From: Trichomonas gallinae | Taxonomy: Eukaryota | Length of the DNA: 41,149 nucleotides | Assembly: GCA_008369845.1 (NCBI GenBank) | Contig: MRSU01002614.1 | Location: forward strand, 1 to 41,149 | Reading direction: 5' to 3' | Part shown: positions 21,701 to 30,087 of the stretch, piece after piece | Layout: every line of letters starts with the position of its first letter | Position numbering within the stretch: the first letter of the stretch is position 1 | Made by a program: the position numbers and the translations under genes | The notes under the pieces: model-generated | What the model saw: the letters and a program-made list of their open reading frames with translations, nothing else | Databases searched by the model: none | What the model was told of the DNA's origin: nothing

Positions 21701-24700
21701 GAACCGTAACGTTTAATGTAAGATCTTGTAAGCGAAGATAAACATCCTTTAAATCTTCTTCGAATATGATTGTTGGTCTCTTTTCAACATGTATTCGTTT
21801 CTTAATGACTCTTGAATATGCATTAGCCTGAGAATGAACCATTGCTTGCAAATAAAGATCGAAGTCACCATCTTCGTTTGGTGCTTGGATTTCAAATTCA
21901 GCACTCTGATCATCACGAGTTTTTGGAATAAATTGCTTGCATAAATTAAATGGCCCATTATCAAATCCATAATAAAGATAATACATGGGGTATAACGTCA
22001 CGTCATGAATTATAACAATTACTTTAATTTTTTCACCCCAGTTATAAATTTTTTCTGTATCGATTTCGATATAATTGATTATTGGTTGTTTAGAAATTGT
22101 TGGTTTCTTGAGAGTCTCCTTTTTCTGAATAATTTTTGATATCTGTTCATTATTATCTTGGGCAAAAATTATGAGATCAATTTCCTTCTCTAGATCTTCA
22201 AATGGTAGATTTAAGTCAAGAGAAACAATCTTGTTGATAGTTTGTCCATTGCAATTAATCTGACTATTTGGAATTGGAATAGCAAGGCCATCATTATCAA
22301 TTTTGTAATATATTGTAACAAGATTATCATCCCAAACAGAAAGATTGAAATTAATTGTAGCAGGGTTTAGGTATATATCTGGATATTCAGAATCATCATG
22401 GTATTCTAGAGTAGGTGGGAGATTTGTGTTAATGTAAATATACTGATATGAATCCTCACTGATATATAGCTTAATGTATTGCTTCATCCTTTTGATGCTG
22501 TGTGGGATTGTTATATTATCGCTAATTTTCTCGACTTCAATTGATCCTGATGTTCCATCATCATATTCATAATTTATAATAACTTTTTGATCGATTTTGT
22601 TAATGATGTAGTAATTTAAAATAATATCTTCGTCGTTCTCATAATATTTCTTAATAGCTTCAATTTTGAGCCCTTGTTTATATTGAAAATCAATTGTCAA
22701 ATAAAATGGCTTCGAATGCCCGTTAAGCGAAGTATATAGATTGGTGCCTGCGAAAGCCAACGTATGAAAACCATGGCTTATGTGATCCAATTTAACAGTC
22801 ATACCAGCTTCTTTAATTAGAGGTTCCCCATCAACTTCTATCCAGAGATATTGGCCATCCACAATATCACCGAAATATTCAATCACGAATTCTATTGTAC
22901 TAGAGTTCAATATAATAGGTTTAACATTTTTGACCTGAAGATATTCAGTATAACTCCATAAGTCAATAGTTAAATAGAATGACTTTGATCTAATTCCATA
23001 CTTATCTTCAAGAAAAATTTCAAGATCACCTGCTGCAACTATTTGTATGTTATATATTGTTTCCTCATTTGGTGTTGCATCTTTATATTCATCACTGCAT
23101 AGCATTGTTCCTTCTGAATTTTTAGTACATAATCGTGCAGGCAGATATGTCATTGCTTTGAGCTTAATTGGTCGATAACCATTTTTATTTGACTTTAAAT
23201 AGTTATCTAGGAATTCATCAATCTTTGGAGGAATATCTATGAAAAGATTTAAATTCATGTACTTGCTTTTGATTTTATTTGAGGTTGATTCTGCATAGAT
23301 TGCAACATTAGTATAACCTCCTTTGTTTGGTATCTTGAGATCGCATATGAATTTAGTAGTTCTATAATCAGAATCAGCTATAACTTTTTCTTTTAATTTA
23401 ATGATTTCATGATCTATAATTGCGTAAATTGTTAATTCAGAATCTGGTTCAAAGCCTTTCACATAGCAATGAAGTTTGAGTATAGAACCTGGCTCGTTCA
23501 TTTTCGGTATTTCAGATAGCAAAACTATTTCCCTATCTTGCTGTATGCGAATTTGGAACTCAATTGGCTTTGGTGCAAAATTATTTGAATTGAAAGCCTT
23601 AAAAACAACATTTAAAACAGTAGATTTGTGTGGATTATTAATCATGTAGGATAATAAATGAATATCATGGTTTGATTTCTCATTTAATATTGTTTGTTCA
23701 TCACCTGAATTGATTTGTACTTTAACTGTGACATTCGGAGCATTCGACAGGTCTTGTATACTGCCGTGGAACCTAATTTCTTCGTCGAAATTAAACAATA
23801 GTTTTGGTATTTGAACTTTGAAAGATGGTGGTTGATCAGCAACAATATTAAATGTCTTTGATTCAACGTTTGATTCTGCACTGTAATCATCTTTTAGTTT
23901 AAGTTTTAATGTATGTGTACCTACGTTAAGTGATTCATTAAATGGAATTATAGCTTTAATCGTAGTATTTTTGTTATTGGGAGAAACTCTTGTTATTTCA
24001 TTGAAATCTAAACTATCAAAAGCTGCCATAAGGGAAACAGAAATTTCATCCTTAATTACCAATTCAACTTCAATGTATGAATTCTTGCAGTAATTTGGTT
24101 GGATATCTTTCAATTCCAAAATTTGTGGCTTATTCTTTGTATTTATTCTAAACTTTTGGAATTGTACAAATTTACCTGAATCTAAAAGAAAAACAAATGG
24201 GTGAACGTAATCCAATTCTCCAAATTCAGATAAATCGAACTTAGTAGTAAATATTGCAGTCTTCCAGTTTGGTCCAACAGTATAACTATCTGGATTGTTA
24301 TGGCAGTCTTTAAATGGTGGCATTGGATCATTTTCTTTTCCTATATAGTATCCAACACCAACCTTAGTGCCTGGTGGATAATCATAAATGAATGTTTCTA
24401 TTTCAGTCGGGACATCACTTATCTTCAAAACACCAACGGATCGGAATGCAAAATTAATTCCCGGGGAAACAATTTGATTGATTTCGAATGTTTCTATGCT
24501 TGATTTAATTATTCTCTCTGACGAATGTGTATAGACTTCTGCCCAAACTTCGACTTTTGCTGAAAAGTTAACTTTGTCAATAGGTAGTGGAGTTTTGATT
24601 TGCTCAGTAAAATTACTTGGAACCATCGTGTAAATGTTAATTGGGAGATCTTGCCCTTCGAATTTGCAGAATATTTTTATCTTATCATATTCTACATGAA

Positions 24701-25943
24701 CATGAATAATTCCTATGAAATTTTTCTCTTCATAAGCATGGACTGTCTCCGGGTAATATGTAGAACTTCGGAATTCTACTTTTGTAGAATTACTAATGAT
24801 GAAGTTTCCAAACAACTGATTTGATATTGCTCCATATTCATCTTGAAGATAAAATCTAAAGTAATATATTCCTTCATTTCTTACATTGAATCCTATTTCA
24901 AATGAATTGCTTTGATTTGCTTGATAATTGCCTATGCTTACTGCCTTATTTTCATCAATTTGAACGAAATATTGTCCATTTGAATCATCAAATAATTTTC
25001 CGCCTACCTTGATTTGTTCGTTTAGATCATAAATTGTTCCATTATTAAATCTGTAGAAATCAGCTTTAGGAGGTTGATTTGACCTAAAAGAAATATCTAG
25101 TGGATTAGTTCTTTCAGTACCTGATTCTGCAATTAAATGATATTCAAATGTACCTGATTGATTAGGAGTAGTAAAAGTGAAAGTAATGAGATCTGTCGAA
25201 AAATTACTTCTTGTTATGTATGTTGTGGAGAACAATGTATCTGATGTGTCATAAAATTTAATGGCAATTTCTTCATCTGGATCAAAATCAACAACATGCA
25301 GATTAATTGTAACACTCGTTTGGTACGGATATTGATCTGCAACTTTACTTATCATTATTATTTGTTTTGTTCTTTTTACTGTGAATTGTGCTAAGTTGCC
25401 TGGATCTTCAAAATATTCATGCTTATTATCATAAATTCCGAATCTTAATTCATAATTTTTATCTTCTTTTGGAAATTCATATGAATAAATGAAGCTCACC
25501 CATTTTCTTTGACCTTCAACTTTTTTAATGTTTATAGGCTCTGCTCCATTCACCTTGACTGCTACAACGTCTGTTACATCTATGTGATAATCATAAACAG
25601 TAATGTTGAAATCTACTTTGTTCTGGTAATATGAGAAAACTGAGCCTTCGCTGAGTTTTTTAATTGCTATTTCTGGTCGATGAGGATCTTCTACATCAAA
25701 ATCAAAATAATCTGTTATGGATGCAAAATCATTGAAATAACGGTAATAGTATCTCAAATGTCCGATCCATGGTATATGATTACGATCAATAAAGTCAAGT
25801 ATACGCAGACGATCATTATTATTGTAAACATCGGCTCTATCGATAGTTAGCAGATTAGGATCGTATGAATGAACGAGTTTTGCTGTTACTTGATTAAACA
25901 TTACATCTGCAAAATATGTTATCGGATTCTGGTCTAATGTCAA
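18795..25943 (-). CDS. Bap-like / Ig-repeat giant surface protein, C-terminal part (2382 codons, TM helix and tail, non-ATG start, no signal peptide)
   Basis: Recurring ~100-aa beta-rich modules (NxPP...V.G.I.D.D...A.D.YG..S) and a TM helix (ILWPLIALVVIIIIVVVVGVVIYM). The track start is TTG overlapping the upstream stop, and the frame stays open up to ~26088. Confidence 0.8.
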   Translation of the reverse strand: MTLDQNPITYFADVMFNQVTAKLVHSYDPNLLTIDRADVYNNNDRLRILDFIDRNHIPWIGHLRYYYRYFNDFASITDYFDFDVEDPHRPEIAIKKLSEGSVFSYYQNKVDFNITVYDYHIDVTDVVAVKVNGAEPINIKKVEGQRKWVSFIYSYEFPKEDKNYELRFGIYDNKHEYFEDPGNLAQFTVKRTKQIIMISKVADQYPYQTSVTINLHVVDFDPDEEIAIKFYDTSDTLFSTTYITRSNFSTDLITFTFTTPNQSGTFEYHLIAESGTERTNPLDISFRSNQPPKADFYRFNNGTIYDLNEQIKVGGKLFDDSNGQYFVQIDENKAVSIGNYQANQSNSFEIGFNVRNEGIYYFRFYLQDEYGAISNQLFGNFIISNSTKVEFRSSTYYPETVHAYEEKNFIGIIHVHVEYDKIKIFCKFEGQDLPINIYTMVPSNFTEQIKTPLPIDKVNFSAKVEVWAEVYTHSSERIIKSSIETFEINQIVSPGINFAFRSVGVLKISDVPTEIETFIYDYPPGTKVGVGYYIGKENDPMPPFKDCHNNPDSYTVGPNWKTAIFTTKFDLSEFGELDYVHPFVFLLDSGKFVQFQKFRINTKNKPQILELKDIQPNYCKNSYIEVELVIKDEISVSLMAAFDSLDFNEITRVSPNNKNTTIKAIIPFNESLNVGTHTLKLKLKDDYSAESNVESKTFNIVADQPPSFKVQIPKLLFNFDEEIRFHGSIQDLSNAPNVTVKVQINSGDEQTILNEKSNHDIHLLSYMINNPHKSTVLNVVFKAFNSNNFAPKPIEFQIRIQQDREIVLLSEIPKMNEPGSILKLHCYVKGFEPDSELTIYAIIDHEIIKLKEKVIADSDYRTTKFICDLKIPNKGGYTNVAIYAESTSNKIKSKYMNLNLFIDIPPKIDEFLDNYLKSNKNGYRPIKLKAMTYLPARLCTKNSEGTMLCSDEYKDATPNEETIYNIQIVAAGDLEIFLEDKYGIRSKSFYLTIDLWSYTEYLQVKNVKPIILNSSTIEFVIEYFGDIVDGQYLWIEVDGEPLIKEAGMTVKLDHISHGFHTLAFAGTNLYTSLNGHSKPFYLTIDFQYKQGLKIEAIKKYYENDEDIILNYYIINKIDQKVIINYEYDDGTSGSIEVEKISDNITIPHSIKRMKQYIKLYISEDSYQYIYINTNLPPTLEYHDDSEYPDIYLNPATINFNLSVWDDNLVTIYYKIDNDGLAIPIPNSQINCNGQTINKIVSLDLNLPFEDLEKEIDLIIFAQDNNEQISKIIQKKETLKKPTISKQPIINYIEIDTEKIYNWGEKIKVIVIIHDVTLYPMYYLYYGFDNGPFNLCKQFIPKTRDDQSAEFEIQAPNEDGDFDLYLQAMVHSQANAYSRVIKKRIHVEKRPTIIFEEDLKDVYLRLQDLTLNVTVLGFDPGTYTFTIASRSSTSATVDVDDSYKASFSIKMLKLYLGYHKLTFTVYSGDKVIKQFDKTVLIRNPPIFIIHNEIREQYFLNDYGDIYFSIKSDGIVDIVYEILGEKYYIEKQLNVAGMNITKYDQIFVKDTNLDETDVIIYAVDEYGYKSAIYKYKFSTIGQHGVPIMFAYMDLNESIFMPSQNVNISVLPNGNSNITIICRYEYDTVQELAKFTHINGMKEFQTNITIPNKFDTVDFYIMAIGDYGATSAYYHNKVTLLKNPTILIDKLKPSYKPNEKFKVHGYIANIEPNANIDLLVETKRSNNIKSVKESIFYNSFTINEQRFAEFEFEQSITDVSNDNYLKLTASQNENVVAQVITDQIKIKPELTVLSDIPHNLLTLSVVHIDVKVKGNSKVQIRCAYSIYGGEKMETKNLTDWIESNNEDVYLRGLDITPTGLITPYVEIYAVDDSKAESDRSKFSINMDTKVAPVPIFWLDDEEIVLTENILNVELSYIWQPPGQKISFFYNINKTGDILIKSIENPEMEIKFEFSLSLSSGYHDVAIYAYDDTEKAYSIPRHRIVYVSSESTIYMKPILITTSSNPFFSVDKDTLVRFGPDKTIKDIFINTPPHHSDAEFEYKYNGNTQKIKFIDTTIAALIYDNKISPTDDFAIYMKDEKTYVQPCIVNEPPYFKLAKPIPTKFFANGYIDVSFYINHFKNATIIYKIDDNDFEFASDAITTNYTSKPYYTQISIPNDLSFEFHTIKFAAIDGYHYSSDNITSKFLYYNSHPPTIEIKSENLKFLSNETVRITGRIDDLDPEDDLEIFISTDDGNEFHSVYNCSADKRPNCHDFAINLTSYSVLGDNTVLFQVRDSQGANSKNSLVKYWIDQGNTKDKDPDTKPKSKGFFDTIFGKYILWPLIALVVIIIIVVVVGVVIYMKKKNQNNDNENAELESMEFNEDPGLTRDNPMTTESPAENLTNDP

Positions 25944-28786
25944 ACTACGATCACGAATCTGAGGTTTAAGACCTGTTTTTGAATTACAAAGGTATAATTT
26001 TTTTCTTGGACACCAAAAGCTACAGTTACATGTTCTGAAATAATATATACTTCTGGAACCGTAATTTTTGTATCGATAATGATTAAATCATCTTGGTTGC
26101 TTGGATTCCATTTAGCATCTGACACTGGAGTTGCTAGATCTTCTATTCCACCGAATAGAAGACCAAATTTTGGTGCTTCTTTTTGTGGGGGAAATCCTCT
26201 TATACCTGCATGTATCGCAATTGTTTCACCTCCTAGGATAGAGGTTGGAATCTCAGGAACAATCTCTAAAACTGCCTCTTTGGTGAAACTGAAATTATGG
26301 GAAACGGTTGGTGAGGAAGCACCATTCATATGCAATGCATATATATCTATTATATGTTGACCATTGAAATCTCCTTTGAATTTTTCTGTTCTTATTATTT
26401 TGTTTATTGGTTCAATTGATGCTTTAAACTCAGTCGTCATAATTCGTAAAGCTTGTTTTGGTTTAGCTCCATCGATTGAATAAAAGACATCTACGTAGCC
26501 TTCACCACTTGTATCGAAAACTTTAATTTCAAGTTCTAATGGCACATAATAATTGAATGTTAGTGGATGAGAAACCAGGTCTAATGTTGGCTCTGAAACA
26601 GCACCAAGTTTAACTGTGGTACTGCAATCAGCCACTATATCATCATGACTATATAAATGGAATAATAAAGTTATCTGATAATCAATAAAAATAGTATAAT
26701 CATTTTGCTGATATCTTTCACTGCCTCTTAAATAATCGAAAAAACCATCATCTGCTATTTTGTGCGTCAATACAATTTCATGATAGCCATTTGCAATTGA
26801 TACCTCAAATAGTTTTGAACCTGGATAGTCAGGATATTCAAGAACGATAGAAGTAATATCATCTACCGGAAGCTGTATTTCATATTTACAGAATACATTA
26901 ATATCAACATATTCTCTATCTTTTAAATTCACTGATGCTTGGTTTATAGGAACAGCTTCAAATGTATCTGAATCTTTCCTTTGGCCATAGATTTCATACC
27001 AAACTTCAATTAGTTTACTGCCGCTTAAATTTGGTATTTCCAAGGCGATATTTGCCATTTTCGTTGTTTTGTTAATTCTGTATACTTTTGGAAGACTGAA
27101 TGTTTTATTGTCATATTTATAAAATATTGATATATCGGCGTGTTTCGTTGTGTAAACTATTAGATTGACATTAAGATTTTCTGATGGTTTGTAGTAGATG
27201 TATTTAATATTATTTTGTCGATTTTTTTGCATATTTTGAGCTATGATATTATCAAATAATGGATGAAAGCTAAACTTAATTTCTGATTCTTCGCAATTTG
27301 AAATCAATCCACTACTATCTTGTATAAAGAATTTCATTTTCTCATTTGAATCAACATCATGGTTCAGATTAAAGAAATTATGCCATTCTGGTTTTAACTC
27401 ACTTTTATGAGTTAAACCGTCTGATTTGAAAGTATGCATTTTAACAGTTTGTCCTTTGCAGATTATGTAAATTGAATTTTCGCTTCCAACGCTAGGTGCC
27501 CTGTATATGAATTGTAGTTTTGAATTTTGGCTAAAATTGATACTATCAGATCGATCCACAAATTTAATGACAGGTTGACGCATTGTAATTGGTTTGATCT
27601 CTATTGGATAATATAATTTCTTAGTGTAGAAATCTGTATGATCTAAATGAATGTAAATCGACACGTTATATTTTCCAACAGGTATTTGATCAAAAGATCT
27701 TTTTCCATTATCAACATTTGTTTTAATTAAAGAAATTAAAATGTCTGAAGAGAATTTTTCGCTTGCTTTAACTTCTGGTAAAGGATAAAATATCGCGTGC
27801 TCATTATCAAATTCTAAAACTAAAATTGGATCATAATCTTTAAGCATTATTCGCTCAGTCGAAATTCCAATAAGCATTGACGTGTCTTGCATATAACTTT
27901 TTTCTGGTGGTCTCGTGACTTGGAGGGATATTTGCGCTAAAACATCGAGATTGATTGCTTCTGACCTATGGCCTGTATCGCTCGATGCAACTAATGCGAT
28001 CATGTCATCATTAATAACATATGGAAACTCTACATCAATCGGAACATTTGCTTCTATAATATTATATCTATAGAGTTCATATATCATGTTAGTCGCAACT
28101 ATGTAAATAAGCACATTTTGGCCATGTTTATAGCCCGTTAATGTTCCATAAAATGTCACAAGATTGATATTTGAAGAATTCTCTATTTTCATCTTTAATT
28201 CTAGTTTTGGTGCAGGTTCGATATTTGAAGAATGTGTAAGATATACCACAATAGTTGTTTCCTGGTATTTATTAAGATTTATTTCTTTCCATACGAAATT
28301 TATGTTCGTATTTGAAACTGTCGGAGATTTTGGACTATATTTTCCAGATAAATCATCTAAATATGTTGATGAATATGAGGATCCAAATAATGCATAATCA
28401 CCTACTAAAATTCCGCTATAAACTCCAATTAATTTGATATTTAAATCCGGATTTGATTTATATGCAGCAATCGGTTTTTTGAAAACAATTGTTGCATTGA
28501 ATGGGCCAATATATGTTAAATTATTTGTTAATTTGAACTCCAAAGCAATTATATCATTATTTGGATCTGGATTCAATCGTGGCTCAACAACAATCTCGTT
28601 AAAGGTTCCAATTCGATCTTTATTAAATGCAGTAGTTGATTTTGTATCATTTCTCTGAAATACCAAATTAATATCATTTATTATCATATTATTATCATAA
28701 TAAATGTCGAATGCTGAGTATGGAGTCGTTGAAGCTCCACCTCTAAATCGATTGGATGATATTAAAACTAAAAAACACGGTAGCAT
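25940..28786 (-). CDS. Bap-like / Ig-repeat giant surface protein, N-terminal part (948 aa, signal peptide, no TM helix)
   Basis: Leader MLPCFLVLISS and the same beta-rich module style. Ends overlapping the downstream ORF, which is in the -1 frame. Probably one ~3330-aa gene. Confidence 0.8.
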   Translation of the reverse strand: MLPCFLVLISSNRFRGGASTTPYSAFDIYYDNNMIINDINLVFQRNDTKSTTAFNKDRIGTFNEIVVEPRLNPDPNNDIIALEFKLTNNLTYIGPFNATIVFKKPIAAYKSNPDLNIKLIGVYSGILVGDYALFGSSYSSTYLDDLSGKYSPKSPTVSNTNINFVWKEINLNKYQETTIVVYLTHSSNIEPAPKLELKMKIENSSNINLVTFYGTLTGYKHGQNVLIYIVATNMIYELYRYNIIEANVPIDVEFPYVINDDMIALVASSDTGHRSEAINLDVLAQISLQVTRPPEKSYMQDTSMLIGISTERIMLKDYDPILVLEFDNEHAIFYPLPEVKASEKFSSDILISLIKTNVDNGKRSFDQIPVGKYNVSIYIHLDHTDFYTKKLYYPIEIKPITMRQPVIKFVDRSDSINFSQNSKLQFIYRAPSVGSENSIYIICKGQTVKMHTFKSDGLTHKSELKPEWHNFFNLNHDVDSNEKMKFFIQDSSGLISNCEESEIKFSFHPLFDNIIAQNMQKNRQNNIKYIYYKPSENLNVNLIVYTTKHADISIFYKYDNKTFSLPKVYRINKTTKMANIALEIPNLSGSKLIEVWYEIYGQRKDSDTFEAVPINQASVNLKDREYVDINVFCKYEIQLPVDDITSIVLEYPDYPGSKLFEVSIANGYHEIVLTHKIADDGFFDYLRGSERYQQNDYTIFIDYQITLLFHLYSHDDIVADCSTTVKLGAVSEPTLDLVSHPLTFNYYVPLELEIKVFDTSGEGYVDVFYSIDGAKPKQALRIMTTEFKASIEPINKIIRTEKFKGDFNGQHIIDIYALHMNGASSPTVSHNFSFTKEAVLEIVPEIPTSILGGETIAIHAGIRGFPPQKEAPKFGLLFGGIEDLATPVSDAKWNPSNQDDLIIIDTKITVPEVYIISEHVTVAFGVQEKNYTFVIQKQVLNLRFVIVV

Positions 28787-29294
28787 TAAAAAAATATATA
28801 AAATTATGGCATACGATTATTTTCAATTCAAATTTCTGATGAATTAAAGTGAAAATAGTCATTAGCCTAATTATAGTAGTTTTCGCGCATTTATAATGTT
28901 GCTGTTGCGCCCGTAATAATTTATAGTAAAATTTTTGAATGAAACTCATGAATTCAATTTTTTTATATTTTTAAAAGAATTTATTTTAATTTATAGGAAA
29001 ATAATTAGCTGCTTTAAATAATATAATTTTTAAAAGTAATTTTAATTTTGAATTGGAACAATCGGATTATGTTTGATATAAAAAAAGGCCAAAATAGCAT
29101 TGTTTATGACTAATAATACTTCTGTTTTTAATTGGCAAAAAACTTGAATTACGAAAACCTTTAAAAACTATTTCATACTAGCTATCTACAAATACTCACT
29201 TTCTATCGGCGAGCAAAAAGAACTTTTCCGATTTGCTTAGAATTTTGAATTTAATTAATGACGAATGTATTTGACGTAATCAAATCTAACATAG

Positions 29295-29872
29295 ATATTA
29301 CCATGTTTAATTGCTATTTCTTCGTCATTGCAGTTCCAGTTATATAGCTGAGAATTAACAATCTCAGGCCAGGGTTCTATAACGCAGGATGAAGTTAAAC
29401 CAAACTGTGATCCAAAAGCAGTACTTAATATCATCATTGAAGATGGTATTACATCAATTGTCTTTTTATTATTTTGAAATTTTAGAAAAAGATAGTTTCT
29501 GACTCCACAAGATACTGCTTTCATTTGTATGAATTCATCCTAGATCCAGGGAATGATTATCATCCCCGTTGATTGACATGGTGCACTTTTTGACAAACAG
29601 AAGACGACTTTGATCAGTGTGCCACCATAAAGAGGCCCGTTTACCATACCGAATACGATTGTAGAAATAGAAGAGCAGGCCCTCCAAGGATGCCTATAAT
29701 AATCAAAACTGACAATCCCAAGCAGCGTAGAAACATTATCATTAGGTATGATTTATGACTCAAATATTAATTTTGTCACCTTTCAGCCTAATTCGAAAGT
29801 GCAAACTATTGGACAGCTTGTCTTTGGTTATCGATGACAAACTTAACTATTTTCACGTTGTCATATACTATA
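29295..29872 (+). pseudogene. Decayed BspA-like LRR gene
   Basis: Reads (I)LPCLIAISSSLQFQLYS*ELTISGQGSIT...NIIIEDGITSI, then LYEFILDPGNDY, then GALFDKQKTTLISVPP*RGPFTIPNTIVEIEEQALQGCL**SKLTIPSSVETL...FQPNSKVQTIGQLVF. Stops at 29349, 29628, 29697 and 29700, plus frameshifts. Confidence 0.85.
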
Positions 29873-30087
29873 GTCTTTGACATCAATATATTCTTCTGTT
29901 TTGTGATCAACGATTCGAGTTGAAAACAAACAATAACATTTTGAAAAACTTGTTATGGTATTTTCTAAAATATGCATATTGATTATGACATTTATGCTTC
30001 AATATACAGTGATTAAAATAATGAGTTCTAATATATATTATTGTAAAAATGTGAAGTTAACTAACAATCAATATACATACATAATAT

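Noticed and set aside
29255..29524. 89-aa minus-strand ORF
   Set aside because: Antisense shadow of the BspA pseudogene on the plus strand.
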